Notes under the pieces: generated by a model
What the model saw: only the letters and a program-made list of their open reading frames with translations
The model's database searches: none
What the model was told of the DNA's origin: nothing
Program-made: the position numbers and the translations under genes
Shown: in pieces, positions 48,714 to 58,630 of the stretch
How positions within the stretch are numbered: the stretch's first letter is position 1
Layout: the number at the start of each line of letters is the position of its first letter
NCBI GenBank assembly: GCA_028716705.1
Contig: JAQUPI010000001.1
Location: 65,614 to 129,613 of the forward strand
Source: Candidatus Omnitrophota bacterium
GTDB lineage: Bacteria; Omnitrophota; Gorgyraeia; Gygaellales; Profunditerraquicolaceae
Length of the DNA: 64,000 nucleotides
Direction of reading: 5' to 3'

Positions 48714-49616
48714 ATGGATAATCCGGAGAAGCGGGGCGTACCATGGCAAAACAGGCAGGGATCAGGACCGGCGGACGCTTTCTGGAAAACCCTGAAATTC
48801 ATCTTATTCAAGCCCGCGAAGTTCTTCGCTGATCTAAAAGCGGAAAAGTCCTACCTCGCGCCGCTTTCATTCGCGTTTTTCGCGTGTTTGATCACGGCAT
48901 TCGGTATCACCGCGCTGAACGCGGTATATAAAAGAAGTATCTTCTCCCCAAAATTCTTACTGGCTTTAGTTTCCAGCTTTATTTCGACTTTTGTAATAGT
49001 GCCTATCGGGCTGTTTATTATGTCGGGCATTATGTACCCGTTCGTCCTGTTATTGAAGGGCAAAGGGAAATTCAAGGGGACCTTTGATATTTTAGCCTAC
49101 AGCTCAGCCGCGAACGTAGTTTCAATTATCCCCCTCATTGGTTCAATAGCCGCGTGGATCTGGGGGATCATTATCATGGTAACCGGTTATAAGCAGGTCC
49201 ATCAATTCAGCACGCCAAAAGCGATCGTCGCGTATGGTTTCCCCATGCTGTTTATAATAGCGGTATTGTCGGCCGCTATCGCGGTCCCTAATTTTTTAAA
49301 CGCGAGGCTCGCGCTTAATGAGAACGCGGCAGAGGCGACGGTGAAGTCTATCGCGGCGGCAGCCGAAGATTACGCGGCCCAAAAGAACGGAGAATATCCG
49401 GCGGGCGAATCTGACTTTAAATTCGCCCCCCCCGTTTACATGGACAAGATCAATAACAATCAAGCCATCCTCGGCTACGTTTATTCTTTAGATATGGGAC
49501 CCGCCGGATACAAGATAAGCGCAACGCCGGATAAATGCGGGATTACGGGCAATAAGATATTTACCATAGAAACGAAAAGTCAGATCGCTGAGAAAAACTG
49601 TTTGAAGGCACGATAG
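48714..49616 (+). CDS. Yip1-domain membrane protein fused to a C-terminal type IV pilin-like domain
   Basis: N-terminal 5-TM Yip1-like region. The C-terminus …AIAVPNFLNARLALNENAAEATVKSIAAAAEDYAAQKNGEYP… follows the pilin pattern AIAIPxYxxYxxRAxxSEA…Y…G.FP, plus two Cys (…DKCG…KNC…). Confidence 0.5.
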   Translation: MDNPEKRGVPWQNRQGSGPADAFWKTLKFILFKPAKFFADLKAEKSYLAPLSFAFFACLITAFGITALNAVYKRSIFSPKFLLALVSSFISTFVIVPIGLFIMSGIMYPFVLLLKGKGKFKGTFDILAYSSAANVVSIIPLIGSIAAWIWGIIIMVTGYKQVHQFSTPKAIVAYGFPMLFIIAVLSAAIAVPNFLNARLALNENAAEATVKSIAAAAEDYAAQKNGEYPAGESDFKFAPPVYMDKINNNQAILGYVYSLDMGPAGYKISATPDKCGITGNKIFTIETKSQIAEKNCLKAR

Positions 49617-49624
49617 GAGGCAAG

Positions 49625-50497
49625 ATGAATACTCTATTCTTTTTGGGAACATTAACGGTTATCATTTTTCTTACGGGCATCAGGATCGTCAGGCCCACGC
49701 ACCGGGGTTTGATCGAGAGGTTGGGAAGGTATAACCGTTTCGCCAGCCCGGGATTCAGCTGGATCCTGCCCATAATAGAGAATATGTATCAGGTCAACAT
49801 CACAGAGCAGATGGTGGACGCCGAGCCCCAAGAGATCATCACTTATGATAACCTTAACGCGAAGGTCGACGCGCAGGTTTATTTTAAGGTCAAGATCGAT
49901 GAGGAAAGCGTCAAGAGCTGCCAATACAACGTGAATAACTACCAGTGGCAGATAGTGAACCTGGCCCGCACGACGTTAAGGAATATTATCGGCACGCTCA
50001 CATTAAAATCCGCCAACAGCGAACGCGGGAAGATCAATGATGAGCTGCATAAGACGCTGATGAGCGAAACCGCGCATTGGGGCATTGAGATCGTGCGCAC
50101 GGAATTAAAAGAAATAGATCCGCCCAAAGACGTGCAGGAGACGATGAACAAAGTCGTAAAGGCCGAGAATGAGAAAATCTCAGCCATAGATTACGCCACC
50201 GCCACGGAAACCGTCGCTGACGGCCAGAAGAGGGCGGAAATAAAGAAGGCCGAAGGCATAAAGCAGGCGAGGATATTGGAGGCTGAAGGCGAGTCTGAGG
50301 CGATAAAATTGGTGAACGAGGCGGCGGAAAAATATTTCGTGGGGAATGCCCAGGTTTTAAGGAAACTTGAGGCCGTAGAGAAATCCCTGCAGAATAACGC
50401 CAAGATCGTGGTCCCTTCGAATACCGAGCTGGTAAATGTCATCGGCGAGCTGGCCGGCGTATTGCCGCTGAAGAAAGAACAGAAGCAGGAGAAATAG
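49625..50497 (+). CDS. SPFH/band 7 (stomatin-like) protein
   Basis: N-terminal TM. …IRIVRPTHRGLIERLGRY… at the SPFH domain start. Long C-terminal coiled coil. Confidence 0.75.
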   Translation: MNTLFFLGTLTVIIFLTGIRIVRPTHRGLIERLGRYNRFASPGFSWILPIIENMYQVNITEQMVDAEPQEIITYDNLNAKVDAQVYFKVKIDEESVKSCQYNVNNYQWQIVNLARTTLRNIIGTLTLKSANSERGKINDELHKTLMSETAHWGIEIVRTELKEIDPPKDVQETMNKVVKAENEKISAIDYATATETVADGQKRAEIKKAEGIKQARILEAEGESEAIKLVNEAAEKYFVGNAQVLRKLEAVEKSLQNNAKIVVPSNTELVNVIGELAGVLPLKKEQKQEK

Positions 50498-50513
50498 TAA
50501 GGTTCCTTAAAAG

Positions 50514-51827
50514 ATGAGAATATTAGTAGTTGGTTCAGGAGGCCGGGAGCACGCCTTAATTTGGAAGATCGCGCAGTCGAAATTAACGGAAAAGATCTTT
50601 TGCGCGCCGGGCAACGGCGGGATCTCTCAGCAGGCGGAATGCGTCGACATAAAGGCGGAAGATATCCCCGGATTGTTAGAGTTCGCGCGGAAAGAAAAGA
50701 TAGATCTGACCGTTGTCGGCCCTGAAGGGCCTCTGCGCGGCGGGATTGCGGACGCGTTTAACAATTACGGGTTAAGTATATTCGGACCGGATAAAAAGGC
50801 GGCTCAGTTAGAGGCGAGCAAGATCTTCGCCAAGGAACTTATGGCAAAATATGGAGTTCCTACCGCCGATTTCAAGGTTTTTGACAACGCGGACGCGGCA
50901 AAGCGGTATATCGAGAGCAAGGGCGCCCCTTGCGTGGTCAAGGCGGACGGTTTAGCGCAGGGCAAGGGTGTGATCGTCGCAAAAAATGTCGATGAAGCGA
51001 AAGCCGCGGTAACCTCGATAATGCAGGAAAAAGCCTTTGGAGAGGCGGGAAACAGGATTATAGTCGAGGAATGCCTGCGGGGCGAGGAGGCATCCATCAT
51101 CGTGCTTACAGATTCGCGGGAAGTCGTTCCATTGGCTTCGAGCCAGGACCACAAAAGGATCTTTGACGGCGACGAGGGCCCGAACACGGGAGGCATGGGA
51201 GCTTATTCTCCGGCCCCTGCCGTAACCGGAGCCGTATTTAAGGAGATATTGGAGAAGATCGTTTACCGGGCAATAGACGGCTTGAGCAAGGAAGGGATCA
51301 ACTATAAGGGCGCTCTATACGCCGGTGTTATGCTCACAAAGGAAGGCCCGAAGGCCCTGGAATTCAACGCCCGTTTCGGCGATCCGGAAACCCAGGCGAT
51401 AGTGCCGAGATACAAAACAGACTTGCTGGAGGCGATGCTCGCCGTAAGCGGCCAGAATTTGAGGAAAGTGGTGAAGGCGGGAGGCTTAAAATGGGATAGC
51501 CGCGCTTGCGTAAGCGTGGTGTGCGCCTCCGGAGGATACCCCGGAAAATATGAAAAAGGCAAAGAAATATCGGGGCTGGAGGAAGTAGCTAAGATGCAAG
51601 ATGTGGTGGTATTCCACGCCGGCACTAAGAAGTCACAAGTCACAGGTCACAGGTCACAAGTAAAATATTTGACCAGCGGCGGCAGGGTTTTAGGCGTAAC
51701 CGGATTGGGTAATACTATCGCCGCCGCGATCGAGACCGTATATCGGGCGGTAGAGAAGATCCATTTCGAGGGGATGCAATACAGAAGAGATATAGGGGCC
51801 AAAGCTTCAGGGGCACGCCCTTCCTGA
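50514..51827 (+). CDS. purD: Phosphoribosylamine--glycine ligase
   Basis: MRILVVGSGGREHALIWKIAQS… and ATP-grasp motifs. Contains an in-frame heptamer-repeat insertion near …VVFHAGTKKSQVTGHRSQVKYLTSGGRVLGV…. Confidence 0.9.
   Translation: MRILVVGSGGREHALIWKIAQSKLTEKIFCAPGNGGISQQAECVDIKAEDIPGLLEFARKEKIDLTVVGPEGPLRGGIADAFNNYGLSIFGPDKKAAQLEASKIFAKELMAKYGVPTADFKVFDNADAAKRYIESKGAPCVVKADGLAQGKGVIVAKNVDEAKAAVTSIMQEKAFGEAGNRIIVEECLRGEEASIIVLTDSREVVPLASSQDHKRIFDGDEGPNTGGMGAYSPAPAVTGAVFKEILEKIVYRAIDGLSKEGINYKGALYAGVMLTKEGPKALEFNARFGDPETQAIVPRYKTDLLEAMLAVSGQNLRKVVKAGGLKWDSRACVSVVCASGGYPGKYEKGKEISGLEEVAKMQDVVVFHAGTKKSQVTGHRSQVKYLTSGGRVLGVTGLGNTIAAAIETVYRAVEKIHFEGMQYRRDIGAKASGARPS
51630..51664 (+). repeat. 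Heptanucleotide tandem repeat (AAGTCAC)2(AGGTCAC)2-AAGTAAA inside purD, in frame
   Basis: aagtcacaagtcacaggtcacaggtcacaagtaaa read directly. Encodes KSQVTGHRSQVK, which lengthens the loop before the conserved GGRVL motif. Confidence 0.6.
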
Positions 51828-51864
51828 TCAGCGAAAGGGATGTTTTTCGTAAAAAGGAGAATAC

Positions 51865-52350
51865 ATGGATAAGCCGATAAGTATAATCATGGGCAGCCGG
51901 TCAGACCTTGGGATAGTTAAGGGCGCGATGGATTTACTCAAGGAATTTAAGGTTGGTTTTGAGGTCAAGGTCTTGTCCGCCCACCGCAGCCCGGGAGAAT
52001 TGGCAAAATACGTTGAGGATGCCGTCAAAAAGGGAACGAAGATATTTATAGCCGCCGCCGGAGGAGCCGCTGCGCTATCCGGGGTTATCGCAGCGCATAC
52101 GAGGCTGCCGGTCATAGGGATACCCATTGAGACCAAAAGCCTGAAAGGGATAGATTCATTGTTGTCCACCGTGCAGATGCCCGCCGGGGTGCCGGTAGGC
52201 TGCATGAGCATTGGAAAGCCAGGGGCTAAGAATTCCGCCATATTCGCTTTAGAGATACTGGGCATAAGCGATAAAAAGATCGGCGCTAAGCTCGGCGCTT
52301 ACAAAAATAAAATGCGGATCAAGATCAAAAACACGAAGATAGATCTATGA
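51865..52350 (+). CDS. purE: N5-carboxyaminoimidazole ribonucleotide mutase
   Basis: …ISIIMGSRSDL… and …VLSAHRSP…IAAAGGAAALSGV…, the classic PurE. Confidence 0.9.
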   Translation: MDKPISIIMGSRSDLGIVKGAMDLLKEFKVGFEVKVLSAHRSPGELAKYVEDAVKKGTKIFIAAAGGAAALSGVIAAHTRLPVIGIPIETKSLKGIDSLLSTVQMPAGVPVGCMSIGKPGAKNSAIFALEILGISDKKIGAKLGAYKNKMRIKIKNTKIDL

Positions 52351-53408
52351 AAACCAAGATCGCGAAATTAGACCGCTCGGATTTTATTTCCGACCACTTA
52401 AAAGAAGCGGCCGCCATAGTTTCACGCGGCGGGCTGGTGATCGTACCCACGGAAACGGTTTACGGCATAGCCGCGAATATGCTGGATGTGGGGGCGATGG
52501 ACAGGCTCAATAAGATCAAGGCGCGCCCAAAAGATAAGTTCTTTTCGTTGCATATCGACATAAAAGAAAAACTGGAATATTACGCCGAAGAAGTGCCCTT
52601 ATACGCCTACAAATTGATGAATAGATTCTGGCCGGGGCCGCTGACATTAGTATTCAAATCAAAGGAAAGAGGCACTATCGGCATCCGGATGCCGGACGAC
52701 AACATCGCCTTAAGGGTGATCGCGCTTTCCGGCGTTCCGGTGGTAATGCCTTCGGCTAATTTTTCGGGAAAACCCGCACCCAAAGATTTTCTGGAAGCCA
52801 TAAAAGATTTAGACGGCCTTGTGGATTTCGCCATCGATACCGGGCCGACCAAGCTCGGCAAGGAGTCCACGGTCATAGACTGCACCGCCCAGGATATAAG
52901 CGTTTTGCGTGAAGGCGCCATAAAGAAAGAGGATATCGATTCCGCAGCGGCGAAGAAATCCGTCCTTTTTATCTGTACCGGGAATTCCTGCCGTTCGGTT
53001 ATGGCCAAGGCGCTTTTGGAGAAGGCCTTAAAGGAAAAGAACCGCGGGGACGTGGAAGTCTTATCCGCCGGCATTATGATGCTCGAGGGCCTGGGAGCCA
53101 CAGACGAAGTAAGGGCGCTTCTAGAGCAGGAAGGGATAGACGTATCAGGGCACCGTTCCAAGAGGGTCACCAGGAATATGGTCAGGAGTTCTGACCTGAT
53201 ATTGGTTATGGAGAAACTGCATGAAAGAAGGATCCTTGAGATGGCTCCCGAAGCAAAAAATAGGGTGTTTTTGTTAAAGGAATTTGCTAAAATAGACACC
53301 GGGAACGGCCTGGATATCCCCGATCCGATCGGCCGGCCATACGAATTCTACGCCCAGACCTTGAATGTCATAAAAGAGGCAATAGAAAGGATAAGCAATA
53401 TTATATGA
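52347..53408 (+). CDS. tsaC: Fusion of L-threonylcarbamoyladenylate synthase (YrdC/Sua5 domain) with low-molecular-weight protein (Tyr/Arg) phosphatase
   Basis: N-terminal YrdC fold (…IVPTETVYGIAAN…). C-terminal LMW-PTP P-loop VLFICTGNSCRSVMAKALL plus a DPIG-like motif. Confidence 0.8.
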   Translation: MKTKIAKLDRSDFISDHLKEAAAIVSRGGLVIVPTETVYGIAANMLDVGAMDRLNKIKARPKDKFFSLHIDIKEKLEYYAEEVPLYAYKLMNRFWPGPLTLVFKSKERGTIGIRMPDDNIALRVIALSGVPVVMPSANFSGKPAPKDFLEAIKDLDGLVDFAIDTGPTKLGKESTVIDCTAQDISVLREGAIKKEDIDSAAAKKSVLFICTGNSCRSVMAKALLEKALKEKNRGDVEVLSAGIMMLEGLGATDEVRALLEQEGIDVSGHRSKRVTRNMVRSSDLILVMEKLHERRILEMAPEAKNRVFLLKEFAKIDTGNGLDIPDPIGRPYEFYAQTLNVIKEAIERISNII

Positions 53409-53866
53409 GACCCATTGTCATCGCTTCAGACCACGCGGGATTCGCCCTCAAGGAAAAACTAAGGTTTATTTTGGAAGCAAAAAAACTTCGGGTACGGGAC
53501 CTGGGGACATACACCCCCGAGCGCTGCGATTACCCCATGTTCGCTTATTGTCTGGCTAAGGAGATCTCCGAAGGAAGGTCGAAACAGGGGATCCTGGTTT
53601 GTAAATCCGGTATCGGCAACGCCATTGTGGCTAACAGGCTTTCCGGAGTGCGGGCCGCCTTATGTTACAATGTCAAAGCGGCGAGGCTTTCCCGCCGGCA
53701 TAATGACAGCAATGTGCTTGTCCTGGGGTCCGGTTTTGTGAATTTTCAACAAGCCAGGAGGATATTAAACGCATGGTTGAATACCCGCTTCGAAGGCGGC
53801 AGGCACCTCAGGCGCTTGAACCAGTTAAGGAAAATAGAAAAGGAGTTGAAGAGAGATAAGTCATGA
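53405..53866 (+). CDS. rpiB: Ribose-5-phosphate isomerase B
   Basis: [19 protein letters not shown]…, RpiB/LacAB family. Confidence 0.85.
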   Translation: MRPIVIASDHAGFALKEKLRFILEAKKLRVRDLGTYTPERCDYPMFAYCLAKEISEGRSKQGILVCKSGIGNAIVANRLSGVRAALCYNVKAARLSRRHNDSNVLVLGSGFVNFQQARRILNAWLNTRFEGGRHLRRLNQLRKIEKELKRDKS

Positions 53867-55116
53867 AACACATAAAAAAGGTCGATCCGGAAATTTACAC
53901 GGCAATAAGGAATGAGATCAAGAGGCAGGAAGAAAATATCGAAATGATCGCCTCGGAGAATTTTACAGATACGGCTGTGCTGGAGGCGCAGGGCTCTGTG
54001 CTTACCAATAAATACGCTGAAGGATATCCGCGCGCGCGCTGGTACGGGGGATGCGAGAATGTGGATTCCGCTGAGCGCCTGGCCGTCGAACGCGCCAAAG
54101 AATTATTCGGCGCCGAGCACGTAAACGTCCAGCCGCATTCAGGTTCCCAGGCGAATATGGCCGTATATTTTTCCGTCTTGAATTTTAAGGATACCGTCCT
54201 GGCTATGGACCTGGCGTGCGGGGGGCATCTTACCCACGGGCATCCGCATAATTTTTCCGGGAAGTTTTATAACGTGGTCACATACGGCGTGGATAAAAAG
54301 ACCGAGATCCTGGATTACGATAATATATTAAGCCTCGCGAAAAAACATAAACCCAGGCTTATTTTGGCCGGGGCATCCGCCTATCCAAGGAGGATGGATT
54401 TCAAGGAATTCCGCAAGATCGCGGATAAGGTGGGCGCTTATCTATTTGTGGATATGGCGCATATAGCCGGGTTGGTCGCGGCGGGAGTGCATCCATCCCC
54501 CGTGCCTTACGCGCATTTTGTGACTTCGACTACGCATAAGACCCTGCGCGGCCCCCGCGGCGGTTTTATCATCTGCAAAAAGGAGTTTGCCAGGAAGATC
54601 GACGCGGAAATATTTCCCGGCATCCAGGGCGGGCCATTGATGCATGTTATAGCCGCCAAGGCGATCGCTTTCCGTGAGGCAATGGGCGCAAAGTTCAAAA
54701 CTTACCAGAGGCAGGTGGTGAAGAACGCGCGCGAACTCGCCAAGGCCTTGAGCCAAAAGGAATTCCGTATCGTCTCCGGAGGGACGGACACGCATTTATT
54801 GCTCGTGGATCTGACTGAGAAAATGATAACGGGGGCGGACGCCTCCGCCGCGCTGGATAAAGCTAACATCACCGTAAACAAGAACCTTATCCCTTTTGAC
54901 AAGAAAGGCGCGGGGATAGCCAGCGGAATACGCCTGGGTACGCCGGCAATTACCACCCGGGGAATGAAAGAGCCGCAGATGCGCCAGATCGCCCGTTTTA
55001 TATCGGAGGCCGTCGAGGCAAGCGACGACCCGGTGAAGTTAGGCGAGGTGAGGCGGGAAGTGGTCGCGTTAACCAAGCGTTTTCCAATTTATACCGAGTT
55101 ATTAAAAGAGAGATAA
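53863..55116 (+). CDS. glyA: Serine hydroxymethyltransferase
   Basis: …[17 protein letters not shown]…, PLP-site [12 protein letters not shown]. Confidence 0.95.
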   Translation: MKHIKKVDPEIYTAIRNEIKRQEENIEMIASENFTDTAVLEAQGSVLTNKYAEGYPRARWYGGCENVDSAERLAVERAKELFGAEHVNVQPHSGSQANMAVYFSVLNFKDTVLAMDLACGGHLTHGHPHNFSGKFYNVVTYGVDKKTEILDYDNILSLAKKHKPRLILAGASAYPRRMDFKEFRKIADKVGAYLFVDMAHIAGLVAAGVHPSPVPYAHFVTSTTHKTLRGPRGGFIICKKEFARKIDAEIFPGIQGGPLMHVIAAKAIAFREAMGAKFKTYQRQVVKNARELAKALSQKEFRIVSGGTDTHLLLVDLTEKMITGADASAALDKANITVNKNLIPFDKKGAGIASGIRLGTPAITTRGMKEPQMRQIARFISEAVEASDDPVKLGEVRREVVALTKRFPIYTELLKER

Positions 55117-55578
55117 ATGAAAAATAAAAAAACGTATGAGCGGCCGAGCTGGGATGAGTATTTCTTGGAAGTGGCTTCTCTGGTTTCCCGCAGGGCTACC
55201 TGCCTCAGGCGCAAGGTAGGAGCTGTCCTGGTAAAAGATAAAAAGATCCTGGCGACCGGGTACAATGGCTCGCCTTCCGGGCTTAAGCATTGCCTTGATA
55301 TCGGCTGCCTGAGAGAGAAACTGAAAATACCCTCGGGAGAGCGCCACGAACTTTGCCGCGGGCTGCACGCCGAACAGAACGTCCTTTTGCAGGCCGCGCT
55401 TTACGGTGTAAGCACAAGGGGAAGCATCCTTTACGTTACCAACCAGCCGTGCGTGATCTGCGCCAAGATGCTCATTAACGGAGGGATCATAGAGATCGTT
55501 ACTTCCGGTGATTATCCGGATAAATTAGCAAGGGATTTTCTCAAAGAAGCCAAGATAAAGGTCAGAAAAGCCAAATGA
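55117..55578 (+). CDS. dCMP deaminase (ComEB-like cytidine/deoxycytidylate deaminase)
   Basis: Zinc motifs HAEQN and PCVICAKM. Confidence 0.8.
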   Translation: MKNKKTYERPSWDEYFLEVASLVSRRATCLRRKVGAVLVKDKKILATGYNGSPSGLKHCLDIGCLREKLKIPSGERHELCRGLHAEQNVLLQAALYGVSTRGSILYVTNQPCVICAKMLINGGIIEIVTSGDYPDKLARDFLKEAKIKVRKAK

Positions 55579-56042
55579 AGTGTCCGTATTGCGGCCATAA
55601 AGAAGACAAAGTCGTGGACTCCCGCGCGACCGCGGAAGAATCCGCCATCAGGAGAAGGCGGGAATGCCTTAAGTGCGGCAAGCGTTTTACGACATACGAG
55701 TATATCGAAGACGTATCTTTACTGGTGATAAAGAAAGACGGCAGAAGAGAGCCGTTTGACCGCAAAAAAATATTATCGGGGATCATCCGGGCCTGCGAAA
55801 AAAGGCCGGTAAGCATGGAAAAAATGGAGGATATGGTCCTTCAGGTCGAACGCGCGATACAGAAAAAATCCGACCGGGAAGTTTCTTCGTCGCGCATCGG
55901 CGAACTTTTGATGGAAAAATTAAAAGCCCTGGACGACGTCGCCTATGTGAGGTTCGCCTCGGTTTACAGGCAATTTAAGGATGTCGGGCAGTTTATGGTG
56001 GAATTAAAAGATATATTGAATAAAGAAAAACGCAAACGCTAA
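55575..56042 (+). CDS. nrdR: Transcriptional repressor NrdR
   Basis: [17 protein letters not shown] zinc ribbon plus an ATP-cone. Confidence 0.9.
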   Translation: MKCPYCGHKEDKVVDSRATAEESAIRRRRECLKCGKRFTTYEYIEDVSLLVIKKDGRREPFDRKKILSGIIRACEKRPVSMEKMEDMVLQVERAIQKKSDREVSSSRIGELLMEKLKALDDVAYVRFASVYRQFKDVGQFMVELKDILNKEKRKR

Positions 56043-56058
56043 GAAAGGATCTCTCCCC

Positions 56059-56475
56059 ATGGTGGAAATGGAATTGAATAAGATCGTCATAGATGAGAAG
56101 AGGCACGACCAGTTGATCGTCCTAAAGGAGAAAGGCGGCGAGAGGATCCTGCCTATCGTGATCGGGTTGAACGAGGCCTCCGCCATCAAGTTGAAAATAA
56201 GCGGGTTCCAGCCGCCGAGGCCGCTGACCCATGACCTTTTGCATACGACGATCGAGAACCTGCACGCGAGCATCGAGAAGATCATTATCGATAAGCTGGA
56301 AGAGAATACGTTCCACGCCAAGCTGGTCATCAAGACCGGATCAGGGGATATAAAGGTCATCGATGCCCGCCCTTCGGATAGCATCGCCCTGGCGGTAAGG
56401 GCCCGCGCGCCGATATTCGTGGAAGACGACGTAGTAAAACAGTCGGAAGTTTTTAACAAAAAACCGGTAGAATAA
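56059..56475 (+). CDS. Bifunctional nuclease family protein (DUF151)
   Basis: …LVIDEKRHDQLIVLKEKGGERILPIVIGLNEASAI… is a DUF151-like N-terminus. Confidence 0.6.
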   Translation: MVEMELNKIVIDEKRHDQLIVLKEKGGERILPIVIGLNEASAIKLKISGFQPPRPLTHDLLHTTIENLHASIEKIIIDKLEENTFHAKLVIKTGSGDIKVIDARPSDSIALAVRARAPIFVEDDVVKQSEVFNKKPVE

Positions 56476-56514
56476 GAGCACTTCATTCCTAAAATTCCTC
56501 CAAGAACTCCTCAT

Positions 56515-57960
56515 ATGAATCCTCATGGTTTTTCGCTCAAGACCGAAGAGAGACGCCTTATTGACCTGGCCATAACGCTTGCCCGCAAAAAAAAGATAAA
56601 GCTTTATCTTGTGGGGGGGTATCTGCGCGATATATTCTTGGGCCGCCGGAAGGAAAACCCGGATATTGACTTTACTTTAAAGCGCGGGGCGATAAGGTTT
56701 GCCAGGGAATTCGCGCGGGCCGCGGGCGGGGGCTTTGTCGCTCTCGATAAGGGACATGGATGCGGCCGGGCGGTAATAAAGAAAAATAACCGTATTTACA
56801 CCTTGGACTTCACGGATTTCCGGGGCAAAGATCTTAAGGAAGACCTGTTGCGCCGCGATTTCACCATTAACGCTTTATGTGTCGACGCGGAAGAATTTTC
56901 CGCTAAGGAACTGGAAAAAGCCGTTATCGACCCGTATCTGGGCAGGCGGGATTTAAAGAAAAAGACAGTCAGGCAGATCAGTGAAAAGGCGTTTGACGAT
57001 GACCCCTTGCGTATACTGCGGGCTTTCAGCCTGGCGGCCACGTTCGGGTTTAAAATAGAGAAAGATACCCTCCGGCAGATAAGATCGAAGGCCGGGAAAT
57101 TATCCATAGTCTCTTTTGAGCGTATCCGTGATGAATTATTCAAGATATGGGAAAACCACGGCTCTTTTGGTTATTTCGAACAGCTGGATAAATTCAAGAT
57201 CCTGAAAATAATCTTTCCTGAGATCGAACCTATGCGCGGCCTGAATCAGGGCCCATACCACCACTTAAACGTCTGGAGGCATTCCTTAGAAACATTCAGG
57301 CAGCTCGAAATCCTCTTCAAAGAACTGGAAAATAACAGCGATGTACGAAGTTATCTGGACGAGGTCATTTCCCCTTCACGCAGCCGGAGGGCCTTAATGA
57401 AGTTAGGCGCGCTTTTACACGATATCGGCAAACCCGCTGCCCTGCGCCGGGAGGAGGGAAAAATAAAATTCCACGGCCATGAAAGGATAGGCCAGAATAT
57501 TACCAAGGAAATAGCCCAGCGCCTGAAGCTGTCCAACGATGAATTGGACGCCTTGGGGAAAATGGTCCTGTGGCATTTGCGCCCCGGGTATCTTGCTGAC
57601 AGCGAAGAGCCTACGGGGCGCGCCGTATTCAGGTATTTTCGTGACGCGGGAAATGAAAGCGTAAGCACGCTGATCATCTCTCTCGCTGACCAGCGTTCGA
57701 CGAAGGGCCCTCTTACTACCAGAAAATCCCGCCTACTGCATGAAAGGGTATGCCGGGGTTTGATCAAGGATTATTTCAAAAGAAAGAAGGAAAAAAAGCC
57801 TGAGCGCCTGATAAATGGGGACGAGCTCCTTAAGAAATTCAAATTGAAGCCTTCTCCTTTGATCGGAAAGATGCTCCGGGAAATAGAAGAATTGCAGGCG
57901 ATCGGGAAGATAAAAACAAAGCAGGAAGCCCTGCGCGCCGCCGCAAAGCTGACAAAATAA
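56515..57960 (+). CDS. cca: CCA-adding tRNA nucleotidyltransferase / poly(A) polymerase family with HD domain
   Basis: …LVGGYLRDIFLGRRKENPDIDF… and …RRDFTINAL…; HD motif …LLHDIGK…. Confidence 0.8.
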   Translation: MNPHGFSLKTEERRLIDLAITLARKKKIKLYLVGGYLRDIFLGRRKENPDIDFTLKRGAIRFAREFARAAGGGFVALDKGHGCGRAVIKKNNRIYTLDFTDFRGKDLKEDLLRRDFTINALCVDAEEFSAKELEKAVIDPYLGRRDLKKKTVRQISEKAFDDDPLRILRAFSLAATFGFKIEKDTLRQIRSKAGKLSIVSFERIRDELFKIWENHGSFGYFEQLDKFKILKIIFPEIEPMRGLNQGPYHHLNVWRHSLETFRQLEILFKELENNSDVRSYLDEVISPSRSRRALMKLGALLHDIGKPAALRREEGKIKFHGHERIGQNITKEIAQRLKLSNDELDALGKMVLWHLRPGYLADSEEPTGRAVFRYFRDAGNESVSTLIISLADQRSTKGPLTTRKSRLLHERVCRGLIKDYFKRKKEKKPERLINGDELLKKFKLKPSPLIGKMLREIEELQAIGKIKTKQEALRAAAKLTK

Positions 57961-57985
57961 AATAAGGCGTGTCCCCCAATTTCGA

Positions 57986-58630
57986 ATGGCCGGCATTTTA
58001 AAGACAATAGAATCGATAGAAAAGCAGGTGGAGAGTTTTCAAATCCCCTGGGTCACCATAGAATCAAAAAAGAAGGATCCTTACCGCGTATTGATCTCCT
58101 GTATTTTAAGTTTAAGGACAAAGGATAAGACGACCGCGCAGGCAAGCAAGCGGCTTTTTAAAGCCGCCTCTACCCCGGGTAAAATGCTCAAAATACCGGC
58201 TCGACGCATCCAGGAACTTATTTACCCGGTTGGCTTTTACCGTAACAAATCAAAAGCTATCCTTGGGATAAGCAAAAAGATCCTTGATCATTTTGAAGGC
58301 CGTGTTCCGGATAATATGAAGGACCTGCTTACCCTTAAGGGAGTGGGGAGAAAAACCGCTAACCTTGTCCTTGGGTTAGGTTATAATATCCCCGCGATCT
58401 GCGTGGATACCCATGTGCACAGGATCTCTAACCGCCTCGGGTGGGTAAAAACAAAAGAACCGCACGCTACCGAAGAAGCCTTGCGAAAGATCATCCCGCG
58501 GAAGAATTGGGTAAAGTTGAATACGTTGTTGGTCGCTTTCGGCCAGAATCTGTGCCTGCCGGTTTCCCCTTTTTGCAGCAGATGTTACGTGAGAAATTGC
58601 CCCAAGACCGGTGTAGAGAGGCGGCGCTAA
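57986..58630 (+). CDS. nth: Endonuclease III-like HhH-GPD DNA glycosylase (4Fe-4S)
   Basis: HhH motif LLTLKGVGRKTANLVL, …VDTHVHRISNRLG…, C-terminal CLPVSPFCSRCYVRNC. Confidence 0.8.
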   Translation: MAGILKTIESIEKQVESFQIPWVTIESKKKDPYRVLISCILSLRTKDKTTAQASKRLFKAASTPGKMLKIPARRIQELIYPVGFYRNKSKAILGISKKILDHFEGRVPDNMKDLLTLKGVGRKTANLVLGLGYNIPAICVDTHVHRISNRLGWVKTKEPHATEEALRKIIPRKNWVKLNTLLVAFGQNLCLPVSPFCSRCYVRNCPKTGVERRR

